The notes beneath the pieces are model-generated. The model worked only from the letters and a program-made list of their open reading frames with translations. It was not told the origin of the DNA and searched no databases. A stretch of 63,588 nucleotides of DNA, the filler included, from Octopus bimaculoides (lineage: Eukaryota), in the NCBI RefSeq assembly GCF_001194135.2. It is 3 parts of 3 records of this genome, joined end to end, with 100 filler letters (N's around TTAATTAATTAA, not from the genome) between each part and the next. Parts side by side here need not be neighbours in the genome. Positions count along the whole stretch, not along the records: positions 62,259 to 63,588 come from NW_026305792.1; 2 more parts are not named here. The stretch is one strand, 5' to 3'. This document shows positions 62,259 through 63,588 of the stretch, piece by piece (within the stretch, counting starts at the first letter, position 1; each line of letters opens with the position of its first letter). The position numbers were made by a program, and so were the translations under genes.

Positions 62259-63588
62259 TCCAGCATGGCCGCAGTCAAATGACTGAAACAAATAAAATAG
62301 TAAAAGAATAAACCAATATATTGCAGATGAATTTTAATAACAAAATCTTATAGGGACCCCAAGGGTCATACAGACGGACCACGGTTGAGCTCCCCTACAA
62401 CAGTGTGATTCCCAACCTTTTCACTTCCAAGGACCCCTTTTATTCAAATGAATTATCCCCTAGACCCCCATGTTCACGGACCGCCAGGGGTCCGCGGACC
62501 TCAGGTTGGGAACCACTGATCTAGATAAGAAAGAGTGGGGGCGCGTGGATAAGTGCTAAGGTGCTGGTCTCACGATCGTAAGATCGTGGTTTCGATTCCT
62601 GGACTGGGCGACGTATTGTGTTCTCGAGCAAGACACTTCACTTCACGTTGCTCCTGTCCACTCAGCTGGCAAAAATGAGTTCAGCCTGAAGAGGGTTTGG
62701 CCCCGCCAGGCTTTCTCGCCGCCCTAGATATGCCGCATGGCTGCAACGCCCCCAACGGTCCTCAATGTCTTAAGGGACTTCTTAACGTCAACGCCAGTAA
62801 GAAAGACCATCATAGCCATCACCTACATAATTATTTCAATTTTTTTTTTCTCCACAAGGGCAGCTTGGAGGAAGTGGGTTACATCGATTCCAGTGTTCAA
62901 CTGGTACTTATTTTATTGACCCCGAAAGGATGAAAGGCAAAGTCGATCTCGGCGGGATTTGAAATCAGAACGTAGCGACAGGCGAAATACGGAGAAGCAT
63001 TTCGTCCAGTGTGCTACCGATTCTGCCAGCTCGCCGCGCTCCATCACCTCCACCCCGTCACATTCATCATCTACTCACAAAACAAAAATCACCATAACAA
63101 TCATCGAAATTTGTGTTTCTCAACCATTTTTGGCCTATTAACCCCTTTAAGTACTATTCTAATCTGCAAAACCCTCATAGCCACTTGATGCTTACAAAAA
63201 TCCTAATTATTATATTTTTAATTAAATATTATAGATGGTTTCGATCTAGTTTGGATCCTTTGCAATCAAATTTGATGGCAAAGAATCCAAACTAGATCGA
63301 AAACATCTATGTTAGGTTTTGAATTTTAAAAAACTGTTCAAATATTTCGTTTTGTTAAAAGAAAACTGATTTATCGCTCAATGTTTAACAACAAAATATC
63401 ATGTGGACCCTTAATGGTCATATTAACCTCGGATGAGAACGACTAGTCTAGACTATATATATATAGGAGCACTCCGTCGGTTACGACGACGAGGGTCCCA
63501 GCTGATAGGATCAACAGAACAGATTGCTCATGAAGAGGAGATTCAGCGTGACACAGAGTGTGACGAGGCTGGCCCTTTGGAATACAAG

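Overview
Eukaryotic genomic DNA, AT-rich and dense in repeats and microsatellites, with about 5 kb of N gaps. The SINE/LINE families and microsatellite load point to an octopus, probably Octopus bimaculoides (inference). Two identical artificial 100-bp spacers (44N-TTAATTAATTAA-44N) at 31390-31489 and 62159-62258 divide the window into three pieces that need not be true neighbours. Piece A (1-31389) holds the last four coding exons of an unrecognised + strand gene (16885-17180, 18100-18130, 21606-21636, 23270-23788). They give a continuous 291-aa Tyr-rich C-terminus and include two 31-nt microexons. Piece B (31490-62158) holds three internal + strand exons of staufen (42279-42423, 47770-47960, 49047-49123; split dsRBD2 and the start of dsRBD3) inside a CpG-depleted domain. 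The rest is transposon debris: RTE LINEs (one with a 482-codon open RT plus PHD-like finger), a CR1/L2-type LINE end, Penelope-like fragments, Tc1/mariner, hAT and piggyBac-like elements, and at least four tRNA-derived SINE families. Main findings: (1) a hammerhead-ribozyme fold at 11533-11580 whose cleavage site is covered by a 64-bp inverted repeat; (2) a 3' stem-loop with compensatory changes shared by the CR1/L2 LINE and the dominant SINE; (3) long intronic palindromes in or near staufen; (4) the orphan microexon gene. No CRISPR, rRNA or true tRNA genes were found. Most ORFs in the supplied track are microsatellite or N artefacts.
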